From NCBI GenBank assembly GCA_951406725.2, contig OX597815.1, positions 132,804,001 through 132,868,000 on the forward strand: a stretch of DNA of 64,000 nt. Reading direction: 5' to 3'. The translations under genes and the position numbers were made by a program. Of this stretch, positions 13,038 to 24,750 are shown piece after piece (positions within the stretch are counted from its first letter, which is position 1; every line of letters starts with the position of its first letter). Source of the DNA: Octopus vulgaris (taxonomy: Eukaryota). Under the pieces are notes generated by a model. That model had not been told where the DNA came from and ran no database searches. It saw nothing but the letters and a program-made list of their open reading frames with translations.

Positions 13038-13638
13038 TTGTGTTTGTATGTGTATATATATGTAAATAAATATATGTATATACACACACACATATATATG
13101 TATTTGTGAGTGAGAGAGAGAGAGAGAGAGATAGAGTGCGTGTATGTGCATATATATAATGGTAATTCATTACACGACTTCAGAGTATTTTGACGAAAGT
13201 CACAATGGAGCACTAATTGCCGATGTAGCAGTATCAAATTATAACCATGTGCCTTAAAAGTAAATTTTTAAAATGTTACAAAAACTACATCAAAGAACTT
13301 ACTGAATATTATTATTCATCTTAACATGCCATCTCCACAGGTGTTAACAACTATGGACTTCCATGCCCTCGTGTTTCACACACATCTGAAACACTATTTT
13401 AACGCTTTACAGCGTTGATTTCTCAGTGCCAGTTACAAAGTCCATCGAACAACTTCTATGTCTGTCGTTCCGTTTCAACTTTCTTTCTTGACACAACCTC
13501 AAAAATACTCAAGGCATTTCCTCCTACCCGATGAGAGGAGCCTTTTCAATTCATATTACAGTTGATATAAGAAGTATTAGTGTAATGTGAAATGAAAATA
13601 ATAAACAGGTGCTTTAGTAAAATCGTTGACAGGGGAAT

Positions 13639-13696
<58 letters not shown>

Positions 13697-13810
13697 GGAG
13701 AGAGAAAGAATAAATAGAAAAAAAGGAAGAACAAACACGAAAGGACAGCAGCGCGAGGACATGGTACATGTAAAGTATTTAGCAGACGCTCTGGGAAGGA
13801 AAGAAAAATG

Positions 13811-13845
13811 GTTTAGCGTTTCGAGCAACGCTCTTCTTCAGAAAC
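13811..13845 (-). ncRNA. Degenerate minimal hammerhead motif (H1-like)
   Basis: Minus strand GTTT-CTGAAGA-A-GAGC-gtt-GCTC-GAAAC-GC-T-AAAC; the U16.1 position appears mutated. Confidence 0.5.
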
Positions 13846-13932
13846 AGGAGACATAGGAAAGTCCAAGAGAAAAGGAAGACGGAGGGAAAACAATTGCCTA
13901 CGATTCACATGTGGTTACAATTATGTTTTTGT

Positions 13933-14288
13933 TCTTTTACTCGTTTCAGTCATTTGACTGCTGCCAAACTGGAGCGATCCCTTAAAGGAGTTTAGATGAA
14001 GAAGCCGGCCACAGGACTTATTCTTCGTAAGCCTAGTGCTTATTCTATCGGTTACTTGTTCGCAACCGCTATATTACGGGGACGTCAACATACCTACATC
14101 GTTTTCCAAACGATGGGGTGGGGAGAAACATACACACACACACATAAATATATACAGTTTCCGTCTACCAAATCCATTTACAAGGCATTAATAGTAGAAA
14201 ATGCCTGTCCCAGGTGCCACGCAGTGAGACTGATCCCGGAACTATGAGTTTGGGAAGCAAACTTCTTACCACGCAGCCAAGCATGCAC

Positions 14289-14332
<44 letters not shown>

Positions 14333-14539
14333 TTTTATTTGTTTCAGTCATTTGACTGCGACCATGCTGGAGCACTGCCTTTAGTCGAAAATCGACCCAG
14401 GACTTATTCTTTGTAGGCGTAGTGCTTATTCTATCGGTTTTATTTGCCGAACCGCTAAGTTACGGGGACGTAAGCACGAGGATCGGTTCTCAAGCGATGT
14501 TGGGAGGGGGAAGGGCAAACACAGAAACACAAACACACG

Positions 14540-14603
<64 letters not shown>

Positions 14604-14760
14604 CGACGGGTTTCTATCAGTTTCCGTCTACCAAATTGACTTACAAGGCTTTGGTCGGCCTGAGGCGTCAGTAGAAGACACTTGGCCAACGTGCCATGCA
14701 GTGGGACTGAACCCAGAACCATTGTTTGTTAAGCAAGCTTCTTACCACACAGCTACTCCT
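13933..14760 (-). mobile_element. Two tandem SINE family C copies (13933-14290, 14330-14760)
   Basis: Reverse complement of the family at 23336-23712: CORE-like CTTGGGCAAGTGTCTTCT, internal microsatellite, tail GGTGCTCCAGCATGGCCGCAGTCAAATGACTGAAAC. Confidence 0.85.
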
Positions 14761-14766
14761 TCGACA

Positions 14767-14852
<86 letters not shown>

Positions 14853-15824
14853 ATAAGAAACAGGCTTTGAAAATGCAGAGGTCTTTTAAAGATGTTTATT
14901 GTCTTGACCGCTTTCACTTTTTTAAAAAAGACTATTGAAAAGGTAGCAATGACGCAACGAAAATTTTAGGTAAATAAAAATAAGAAATAAGTGGAAATTT
15001 TACTGGTGAGTGTGTTAAATTATAAGGCACAAAAAGAAAATGACTCTCCCCAGACACAACAGATTATCGAAAGTAAAATGTAAATCTTTATATAAGCTGT
15101 GTTGTGTTAAAAAATGGCTATCACAATTGTATTAAAATACTGTTATACGGTCTTTGATAATGATAAGAAAGTGTTAAAAATAGAATCTTTGACAATGATA
15201 AGAAAATATGAAGTGAGACTTTTTGTTTGAACAGTTTACAATATAGTGTTCAAAATAGGTAGTAAAATATATTTATAATTATTTTAAGTGCATCAAAAAC
15301 ATTCGTTGTATAGAAGCATATATACAGAAGGAATCATATTTAAGTATTTATACAGAATTTTAAGGGAATTACCAACATTTCCATCCTTCATCTTTTGTCT
15401 TGTAGTGTGTATATAAGAAATGTTTGCTATTTTTAGAGATAGTATGGGAGATTGGTTGGTGGGGAAGAGCATTGTGGAATCAAATAGATTTTTTTTCTGG
15501 GCTAGTCCTCTTGATTCCACAATGCTCTGCCACGCTATCTCTAAAAATAGCAACTGTTATTGAGTAAAACGAAGAAAACGACCTATTTAATCATTAACCA
15601 CGATGTTATTGTACGAGTATGTGGGACTGCATGATTTAATGTGTATTTTACTTCAAAACATTTCTTATGAAAATTATGGGGTATTTTGTTATAATATCTA
15701 TCAGACTTGGCGTCTGTTTAGAAGTTCTGGTGTGGAAAACTACCAGAAATATAAGCGGGAACGATAATGGCAATTTTAGCAATTTCGAATTGTAAGGAAT
15801 ACGCTTCATGATATGTCAATTGAT

Positions 15825-15828
15825 AACG

Positions 15829-15862
<34 letters not shown>

Positions 15863-16300
15863 GGATGAGGATGAGGAGGATGAAGGTGGTGGCAGTAACA
15901 ATGCCAGTGATGATGATGATGACGACGACGATGATGATGATGGTGATGTTGATGATGATGATAACTATGGTGATGGCGGTGGTAGTATCGCTAATGATGA
16001 GGATGATGACCTTCACCAGCACCACAATGATGATAGTGACGGTGATGTTGATGATGATGATGGTGATGATGATCATGATCATGATGGTAATATTTGCGAT
16101 GACGACGATGATGATACTGATAACGATGGTGGTGATTCTGGTGTTTGCGGTGGTGGTGGTGGTGGTAGTGGTGGTGGTGATGGTGGTGGTGGTGGTGGTG
16201 GTGGTGGTGGTGGTGGTGGTGGTGGTGGTGGTGGTGGAATTGGTGGTAACAATGTTGATGCAGATGATGATGATAAGGAGGAGGAGGAGGAGGAGGAGGG

Positions 16301-16374
<74 letters not shown>

Positions 16375-17269
16375 GTAATGATGATGATGATGATATTATC
16401 AATTACAATGTTTCGATTGGATGTGTCGTCAAGAGAAATAAATATTTCATTTCTTCTCTATTTCATTTATCTCGATCCCTCGAAAGCATTTAGAGCAACA
16501 GCAGCAGCAACAGAAGCAGCTGCAGCAGCAGCACTGGTAGCAGTAAAAACAACAACTCAAAGGAAACCTAAAGTTATAATTTATACTGTATATTACTGAA
16601 GCGATACTAACTTTCATGTATTTTGAAAATCATTAGCATCATCTATTTCTTTACTACCCACAAGGCGCTAAACACAGAGAGGACAAACAGGGACAGACAA
16701 ACGGATTAAGTCGATTACATCGACCCCAGTACGTAACTGGAACTTATTTAATCGACCCCGAAAAGATGAAAGGCAAAGTCGACATCGGCGGAATTTGAAC
16801 TCAGAACCTAACAGCAGGCGAAATACCGTTAAGCATTTCACCCGGTGTGCTAACGTTTCTACCACCTTATTTATTAGCATCATCGCTATCACCACCATCA
16901 TAATCATTATCATCATCACCCTGCTCCTCATCGCCGTGACAACCATCATCTCCAGAGACGTCGTTCTTACCATCCCTCCATTGCTCCTCCTCGTTATCAT
17001 CATCATCATGACCATCATCGTCGTCGTCGTTATCCTCATCATCATCATCATCATCAACATCATCATCATGACCATCATCATCAGCATCATTAACACAAGA
17101 ACATTAATATACATCATACGCCAAATTACCTGCCTTCCTAAGAGTTTCAAAGGCATGTTGGGATAAAAATTAATGATTTGTTTTCAATTAGCCCTAATTA
17201 AACGTAACTATTCAATGCCCTCCAAACAGTTGCAGCCTTCACTTAATTCGCAGCCATTAATTCGCATTT

Positions 17270-17325
<56 letters not shown>

Positions 17326-17787
17326 CTAATCCTTCCTGCTAATCCCCCACTTTTTTTTCTTATCTCTACTCGATTAACTAAAGAAAATACCGTAATCCCC
17401 ATCGATGTTGTCAAGGTAAATTACATGGTCATGTTTACAGCGTCGTCGTCGTTGTCATCATCGTCATCACTACCAAAACCACCACCCCCACCACCATCAT
17501 CAGCATCATCAGCATCATCAGCATCATCATCGTAATCACCCACGTGATCATTGTTGTTGCCATGCTGTCCCCACATTTATCCTGACATCATCGTCGCCGC
17601 TGCCGTCATCGTTGTTATCGCTGTCGTCGTCGTCTTCGTTGTTGTCGCCTTTGTCTTCGTTGTCATTCTCATCATCTTCATCAACATCGTCAACATCTTC
17701 ATCAAAGTTAAGTTCATCTTCCTGGTTGTTACCATTGCAATATTCATTATGATCATCTTTCTCGTGACAGCAATAATAATGATGATG

Positions 17788-17840
<53 letters not shown>
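15825..17840. repeat. Low-complexity trinucleotide region (GAT/GGT/GAG/GTT block, then CAT/CGT/CAC block), containing a minus-strand SINE B at 16645-16865
   Basis: Directly visible. It produces poly-D/G/M/V/I pseudo-ORFs. Confidence 0.9.
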
Positions 17841-17841
<1 letters not shown>

Positions 17842-18790
17842 GCCCTGGTGCAGTACCAAACAGCGGCTCTCATGGCTTTTGATCATCATAGCCATGTGTT
17901 GAGAGGGATTCTTTGGGGTTTGAATAATTCACCTCTGGAAACATGGGTGTTTCATTCAACATCCTTAAACAACCCTTAATCAGGGACCTTTTGAGTGGGA
18001 CGGGTTACCCGACCAGAAGAACATTCTAATTGGGCCCCACCGGCAAGGTCATGCGCTATTTATCGTGTTATGAGATCACCATGTCGCGCACATATGGTTG
18101 TGATGCATGTGCCTAGTGTACCCTTATCAGACGGGTAGTCATGATGGGTATACTGGGCTTCGTATATTTTACCCCAGTGTCACTTTGATGGCATGCACTG
18201 CTCTCTCACTCAATAATAATAATAATATGCAGTACCAGGCAGTGGCTCTCATGGCTTCTGATCTTAACTGATTGGAAGTGTTATCATGTACATTGTTTTG
18301 TCTTGGTATAAAAGATGGGCTACAGCAAATATTCTGCCCCCTCCCACAGATTTACTTGTCAGCTGCTTGACCTTAACAAGTTGTATATTACCCTAAGTGG
18401 CTGACGATATGTGCATCTCTGATCACGAGCACAAGTAGTTGGGGAACATTACAGCCACGTATTGAAAAGAATTCATTGGGGTTTGGGTAATTCCCCTTTG
18501 GAAATATGGGTGTTTTTTTCAACATCATTAAACACACCTTATTTGTTTGAGCGAATAGGCTACTCGACGTGAAGAAAATTCTAACAGGGCCCCTGCAAGG
18601 TCATGCGCTGTTTATGAGATCACCATGTCGCGTACATATAGTTGTGATGCTTGTATCTGGTGCACCCTTATCAGACGGGTAGTCATAATGGGTATACTGG
18701 GCTTCGTATATTTTACCCCAGTATCACTTTGATGACATGCGCTGCCCCTCTCTCTCTCTCTCTTTCTCACTCAATAATAATAATAAAAAT

Positions 18791-18847
<57 letters not shown>

Positions 18848-19602
18848 CGTTCTTCATAACGGTTCTGACCGTAAATGCAGATTCTGCGATAAATTTGAAG
18901 AAACAATAAAGCATCTCGTCTCAGGATGTCCTTTTGCTAACACCAAATGATTACAAAAATCGAAACGATAGGGTAGGACAGTATTAACATTGGAAAATAT
19001 GTAAACACTACAAAATAAACACTCCGGCTTACTGGTATGAACATCATCCTGAGCCAGTCATTGAAGGTAAAAATGTCGCTATCCTCTGGGATTTTTCCAG
19101 TCAACACCGACAGAACGATCCAGACTAATCGACCAGACATAGTCATTAAAGACAAGGAAGAAAATATTTGTAGACTAATAGATGTAAGTGTTCCCACTGA
19201 TAAAAATATATCTGTAAAGGAATTTGACAAATTAAGTAAATATAAGGGCCTGGAAATTGAAATTAAAAAAATATGGCATCCTAAAGCGAGAACTGTTCCT
19301 GTTATTGTGGCTTCCCAAGGTATGATAAGAAAGAAATGTCAGAAACATCTAGATAATATCTCAGGAGAACCATATCTCAGAGAAATCAAAAAAATTGTGC
19401 TGACAATTACTGCCCACATCCTTAGAAAAACCCTATCAATTTAAATGCCTGTGTTGTAGTACATGAAGATATTTCGCCACTGCCCCTGCCACTTACCCAT
19501 CCCGAGCTTTCAGTCATATCTTAATATCTCTTATCCTTCACTTACCCTAGGATGCCGGTGTTTGTCGGCGAGTGATGATAACAGACATGCAGATTAAAAG
19601 TA

Positions 19603-19673
<71 letters not shown>

Positions 19674-19684
19674 TAGTAATGATG

Positions 19685-19756
<72 letters not shown>

Positions 19757-20310
19757 GCCCTGGTGCAGTACCAGGCAGTGGCTCTCATGGCTTCTGATCT
19801 TAACTGATTGGAAGTGTTATCATGTACATTGTTTTGTCTTGGTATAAAAGATGGGCTACAGCAAATATTCTGCTCAATACCACAGATTTGCTTGTCAGTT
19901 GTTTGACCTTAACCAGTTGAGCATGTCCCTTAGTGGCTGACGATATGTGCATCTCTGATCACGAGCAGAAGTAATGGGGGAGCATCATAGCCATGTGTTG
20001 AGAGGGATTCTTTGGGGTTTGAATAATTCACCTCTGGAAACATGGGTGGTTCTTTCAACATCCTTAAACAACCCTTATTCAGGGACCTTTTGAGCGGGAT
20101 GGGCTACTCAACCTGAAGAAAATTCTAACTGGGCCCCACCTGCAAGGTCATGTGCTGTTTATCTTAATATGAGATCACCATGTCGCGCACATATGGTTGT
20201 GATGCATGTGCCTGGTGTACCCTTATCAGACGGGTAGTCATGATGGGTATATTGGGCTTCGTATATTTTACCCCAGTGTCACTTTGATGGCATGCACTGC
20301 TCTCTCACTC
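17841..20310 (+). mobile_element. Three copies of a ~550-bp non-coding element, each bounded by (TAA)n (17841-18211, 18228-18772, 19756-20310)
   Basis: All copies begin (TGCCCTGG)TGCAGTACCA and end in ..CTCACTC-(AAT)n. Copy 1 has an internal deletion. Confidence 0.85.
18848..19602 (+). mobile_element. 5'-truncated R4/Dong-clade LINE 3' end (CCHC + restriction-like endonuclease), inserted in (TAA)n
   Basis: CRFCDKFEETIKHLVSGC, then WDFPVNTDRTIQTNRPDIVIKDK..LIDVSVP..KLSKY, a 3' UTR and a (TAA)n tail. TAA repeats flank both sides. Confidence 0.9.
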
Positions 20311-20371
<61 letters not shown>

Positions 20372-20564
20372 CATAAATTTCGTTTTTTGTATTTGACATT
20401 CACTAGTACAACACTAAATACAAAACTAAATATATGGCATACTAGGCATAACAACATCACGAACTTCCAGCTTGTTGTCTCTTGAGGTCTCTGAGTGAGA
20501 CTTGGAGCCAACTTGTACAAATATAAAGAAAAAGTCAAACATAGAATAATAATAATAATAATTT

Positions 20565-21215
20565 GAGATATATCACAGTTTAGCTTGGGAAGTTAAGCAG
20601 TTGTGGTCGATGAAAAAAGTAGCTGTAGTACCCGGAGAACAGTGAGCAAAAATTTCGAGAAATAAGTGGAACAAATAGAGGCTACAATAAGGGTGGATCA
20701 CTTGCAGAAAACAGCACTGCTTGGAACCACTCGAATACTCCAGAAGGTGCCCGAAAAATAAAAGGTGTTACCTTTGTTCACTGGTGGTGAACAGCTGACA
20801 CTGTAGTACATCTGCAGCATTAGAAGCTGTGCAAAAGCAATGATAATAATAATAATATAAAAGACTGTTGAAACCATCCTATGCGATTAGGGGCTACATA
20901 CAGAAGGCAAATAGATGAAAACAGGGCTGACATCGACATCAAAACTCTAAGACAAAAGACATGTCGGTAAATTGATATGACGATACTTACTGATACAAAC
21001 ATCGTGGTAAAATAAGTTGAAAAACTGTCAAAATACATGGATTGATATCTTTAGAACATGGCAATAAAAAACCAAAACCAGCCTTGTTATTATGGGTGTC
21101 CTGGAAATGATCAAGAAAAGTACCGGCAAATTTTTGATTGGATTTCAGGCAGACCTAAGGTTCAAAAGAATTGTAATGACATCAATCGCTCATCTTCTGA
21201 GGAAGTTTCCATCTA
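20565..21215 (+). mobile_element. Two more R4/Dong-type 3' stubs (~20565-20845 and ~20880-21215)
   Basis: HLQKTALLGTTRIL and RADIDIK..IDMTILTD..EKLSKY..SIAHLLRK motifs; the first stub lies between TAA repeats. Confidence 0.7.
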
Positions 21216-21301
<86 letters not shown>

Positions 21302-21938
21302 GTGTGCGTGAGTGTGTCTGTTTGTTTGTCTGTCTGTGTGTATGTATGTATATATGGAAGCTGTATTTGTGTGTCTATGTTTGTCCCCTCCCCATCGCTT
21401 GACAAAAGAGACCGATAGAATAAGGCTTACAGAGTACAAGTCCTTGGGTCTATTTGTGTGACTAAAGATGGTGCTCCAGCATGGTTGCAATCAAATGATT
21501 GAAACAAGTAAAGGAATAAAAGTGTAACGTTAAAATACGCAGGGGCATTTTCCAGGCTGACTCGCTTCGTCATTACGCTAAACTCTCTGATAAAATACAC
21601 TGAAAAAAAACTCCAGGCCGACCAATGAGTCTACCCAAACGAAGATAAGGATAAATCACCCGCTTTACATAATTAACGTCAAGATACGTACACAAATGAG
21701 ACAGAGCTGGATTCTCTGATCCAGACAATGAGAATGTTCTGATGAAACAATGGAATGATGTTTGGCATAGATAAGTGCGTAGTACTGAGTATGGAGAGTG
21801 ACCAGAAGTAAAAGCCTAACGGCATAAAATAGCCACAAGACAACATCATTCGATCGCTGTGGAATAATTAGGGTTAGAAATTTATCGAAGTATTTCAAAA
21901 CGATAAGAGAAATGAAAGAGGAAGAGGAAAATTAGGAA

Positions 21939-23192
21939 GGTATTCTCTATTGCTCTTTTAATCTTCTCCAAATTTTGAATAGAAAAACAAGTGATGAAAT
22001 GTAATATTTAATTGAAATTTAATCATCAATGTACTTTCCCTGATTATCAATGACATCCTTCCATCTTTTTACAAGCTTTTTAATCCCATCCATATGAAAC
22101 TCTTTTGGTTTCAAAACGAAGAACTCTGAAATATCAGTTTCGACCTCCTGGCTTGCAAAAATTATGTCCCCCAGCTGATTCTGTAAACTATGGAACAAAT
22201 GGTAGTCTGAAGGAGCAAGGACGAGAGAATAAGGTAGATGAGGAATTTTTTCCCCAACCAAGCTCTTCAATTTTTTGTGATGTGATATTTGCAGTGTTGG
22301 GTCGCGCATTGTCCTGATGAAACATCACTCCTTTTCGATTCACTAAAGCGGGTTTTTTCTTCAAAGCTTGGTTCAAACGCTCTGATTGCTGCATTAGGTA
22401 GTAACAATTCAAAGTGAATTACTCCTTTACAATCCCACCAGATAGAGAGAAGAACCTTTTTTCCCATGAAGTTCCCTTCTCGATTGTGGTTGAGCCACTG
22501 TTTACGACGTTTAACATTTCGATAGAAAATCCATTTTTCGTCACCAGTCACAAATCTATACGAAAAGGGTGGAATGAGTTCGCGAGAATGGAGAGAACAG
22601 CAGATGTTAACTCGGGATTTGCGGTTGCTTTCGGACAATTCATAAGGCACCCATTTTCCAAGTTTAGGAACCTTTCCAAGTTGTTGAAGAGGACGATGAA
22701 CAGTTGTTTGATTTTAACTAAGCTTTATTGCCAATTCTTAACTGATAATGCAGGATTTTCTTCAAGGAGCCTATCATCAAACTCAACTGGACGTTCTGTT
22801 CAATTTTCATTTCCAAGGCTGAAATCTCCACTTCTGAATTTTACGAACCATCTTCTGCAAGTTCTTTCATTCAAGCATTCTTTCTCATAAACTGAGTATA
22901 TATTTCGAGTCGCTTCGGCTTCAGAGTTTCCACTTTTTGTACATTATGTACATTATGTGTACATTATGTATATTTGTACATTATGTGCCTTAAATGCTCT
23001 TTGGATACTTCCATGTTAGAAATGTTTTTAATCAAAGAAATTTTAATTATATTATTCTGTAAAATAATATTTCATTAGTTTAAATGTACACAAATACATA
23101 AAAATATTTTAAAATTCCATTAGACATTCTAAAATACTATTAAATTTCATTCAGTTTTAAAATGGTAAAATCAGACAGAACTTATGGAATAC
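21939..23192 (-). mobile_element. Mariner (DD34D) transposon relic
   Basis: VTGDEKWIFY, FHQDNARP and PYSLVLAPSDYHLF are spread over frameshifted ORFs at 22019-22650. Termini are degenerate, so the boundaries are approximate. Confidence 0.9.
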
Positions 23193-23252
23193 TTATTTCA
23201 GTCATTTGACTGCGGTAATACTGGAGCACACACATACACACACACATATACT

Positions 23253-23326
<74 letters not shown>

Positions 23327-23335
23327 ATTATATTA

Positions 23336-23712
23336 GGCGTAGGAGTGACTGTGTGGTAAGTAGCTTGCTTACGAACCACACGGTTCCGGGTTCAGTCCCA
23401 CTGCGTGTCACTTTGGGCAAGTGTCTTCTACTAGAGCCTCGGGCCAACCAAAACCTTCTGAGTGGATTTGGTTGATGGAAACTGAAAGAAGTCTGTCGTA
23501 TATGTGTGTGTGTTTGTGTGTCTGTGGTTGCCCCCTAACATCGCTTGACAACCGATGCTGGTGTGTTTACATCCTCGTACCTTAGCGGTTCGGCAAAAGA
23601 GACAGATAGAATAAGTACTAGGCTTCCAAAGAATAAGTACTGGAGTCGATTTGCTCGACTAAAGGCGGTGCTCCAGCATGGCCACAGTCAAATAACTGAA
23701 ATAAGTAAAAGA
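23336..23712 (+). mobile_element. Full-length SINE family C (tRNA head, CORE-like domain, internal microsatellite)
   Basis: GGCGTAGGAGTGACTGTGTGGTAAG..GGGTTCAGTCCC..TTTGGGCAAGTGTCTTCT. Other copies: 21370-21515, 23740-23860(-), 31385-31565(-), 35965-36080(-), 42200-42480(-), 45220-45552, 50899-51283. Confidence 0.88.
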
Positions 23713-24599
23713 GTAAAGGTGTAAAAGAGTGAAGAGTATATACGACGGGCTTCTTTCAGTTTCCGTTGACAAAATCCACTCACAAGGCTTTAGTGGACCT
23801 AAAGACACTTTTCCAAGGTAAATTCAGTAGGATGGTTCGTAAGCAAGCTACTTACCACGTGAAATAAAATTAAATCAAGTGAACATCATTAAAGCTAGAA
23901 ATACATGGGCTATGTATTGAGATACTCTTTTCCCTTTCTGTAATGTATAAAGTTCTAGCAACAGAACTTGGATAAGAGAACTAAAAGGCTGTTCACAATT
24001 GACAATGCATTCCACACTAAAAACAATACCAAGAAAAGAAAGTGGCAGAAGACGCTGTAAATGCAATGACACTGGTTCCGAAAAATTATGTTGAGCAGAG
24101 TAAAGAAAGAATGCTATCAGCAGCCACAAATATCCCAAAAAGTGTGGGAAAATTCTAAGAGAAAAGGAAGAACAACAGAGCAAAAGAAAATAGAAAGAAG
24201 CGGGACTACCTAACCAATTCATGTAACAAACCGAGAATGTTGGAAATAAAGATATCTGCCCCTGGTTGACAGACAGGAACTTGAAATAGGAGAACAGTAA
24301 TTATAGTCGCTCAGAAACAATCCCTTAGAACAAACCTGATAAAGGCAACAATCGACAAAACTCAGTCAGACAACAAATGTAGAAACTAGAGGAAAAGAGA
24401 CGAGAGTATGAACCACCTTTTGATTAAATTCTGTATACTAGCACAAAGGGAGTATAAGCGTAGACATCATTCTGTAGGCATAAGGGTTCTTTGGGATGTT
24501 TGGTGTGTGTGTGGCTTCAAGACAGCAGAAAAGTGGTAAGAGCACGAACCAGAGGGTGTGATAGAAAAGGAGAATTACAGGATCTTGTGAGAGTTTTTA

Positions 24600-24750
24600 G
24601 CCGTGTGGTTACTTCGTTAAACTGAACTCTCTGTGAATTCTTCCAGCCTTGAAACCACTGGCGCTGTCTCACACACTCCTTTATACAGTGGTGGTGCCCC
24701 AGCATGTCCGCGGCCTTCGGGCTAAAACATTTTTAAGGATTTAAGGATTT
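24600..24750 (+). mobile_element. Short retroelement 3' stub with an (AAGGATTT)n tail
   Basis: Ends GGTGGTGCCCCAGCATGTCCGCGGCCTTCGGGCTAAAACATTTTTAAGGATTTAAGGATTT; a second stub is at 49762-49819. Confidence 0.6.

Noticed and set aside
14860-15000. Hammerhead 3' halves (GAAA.CGGTC-like) here and at 34945-34985 and 55888-55905
   Set aside because: No recognisable CUGANGA core upstream on the same strand; probably PLE-like terminal repeats but not callable.
15808-16599. Long ORFs of 226-263 aa (poly-D/G/E or poly-M/V)
   Set aside because: Pure trinucleotide repeats open in several frames on both strands, with no domain or splice evidence.
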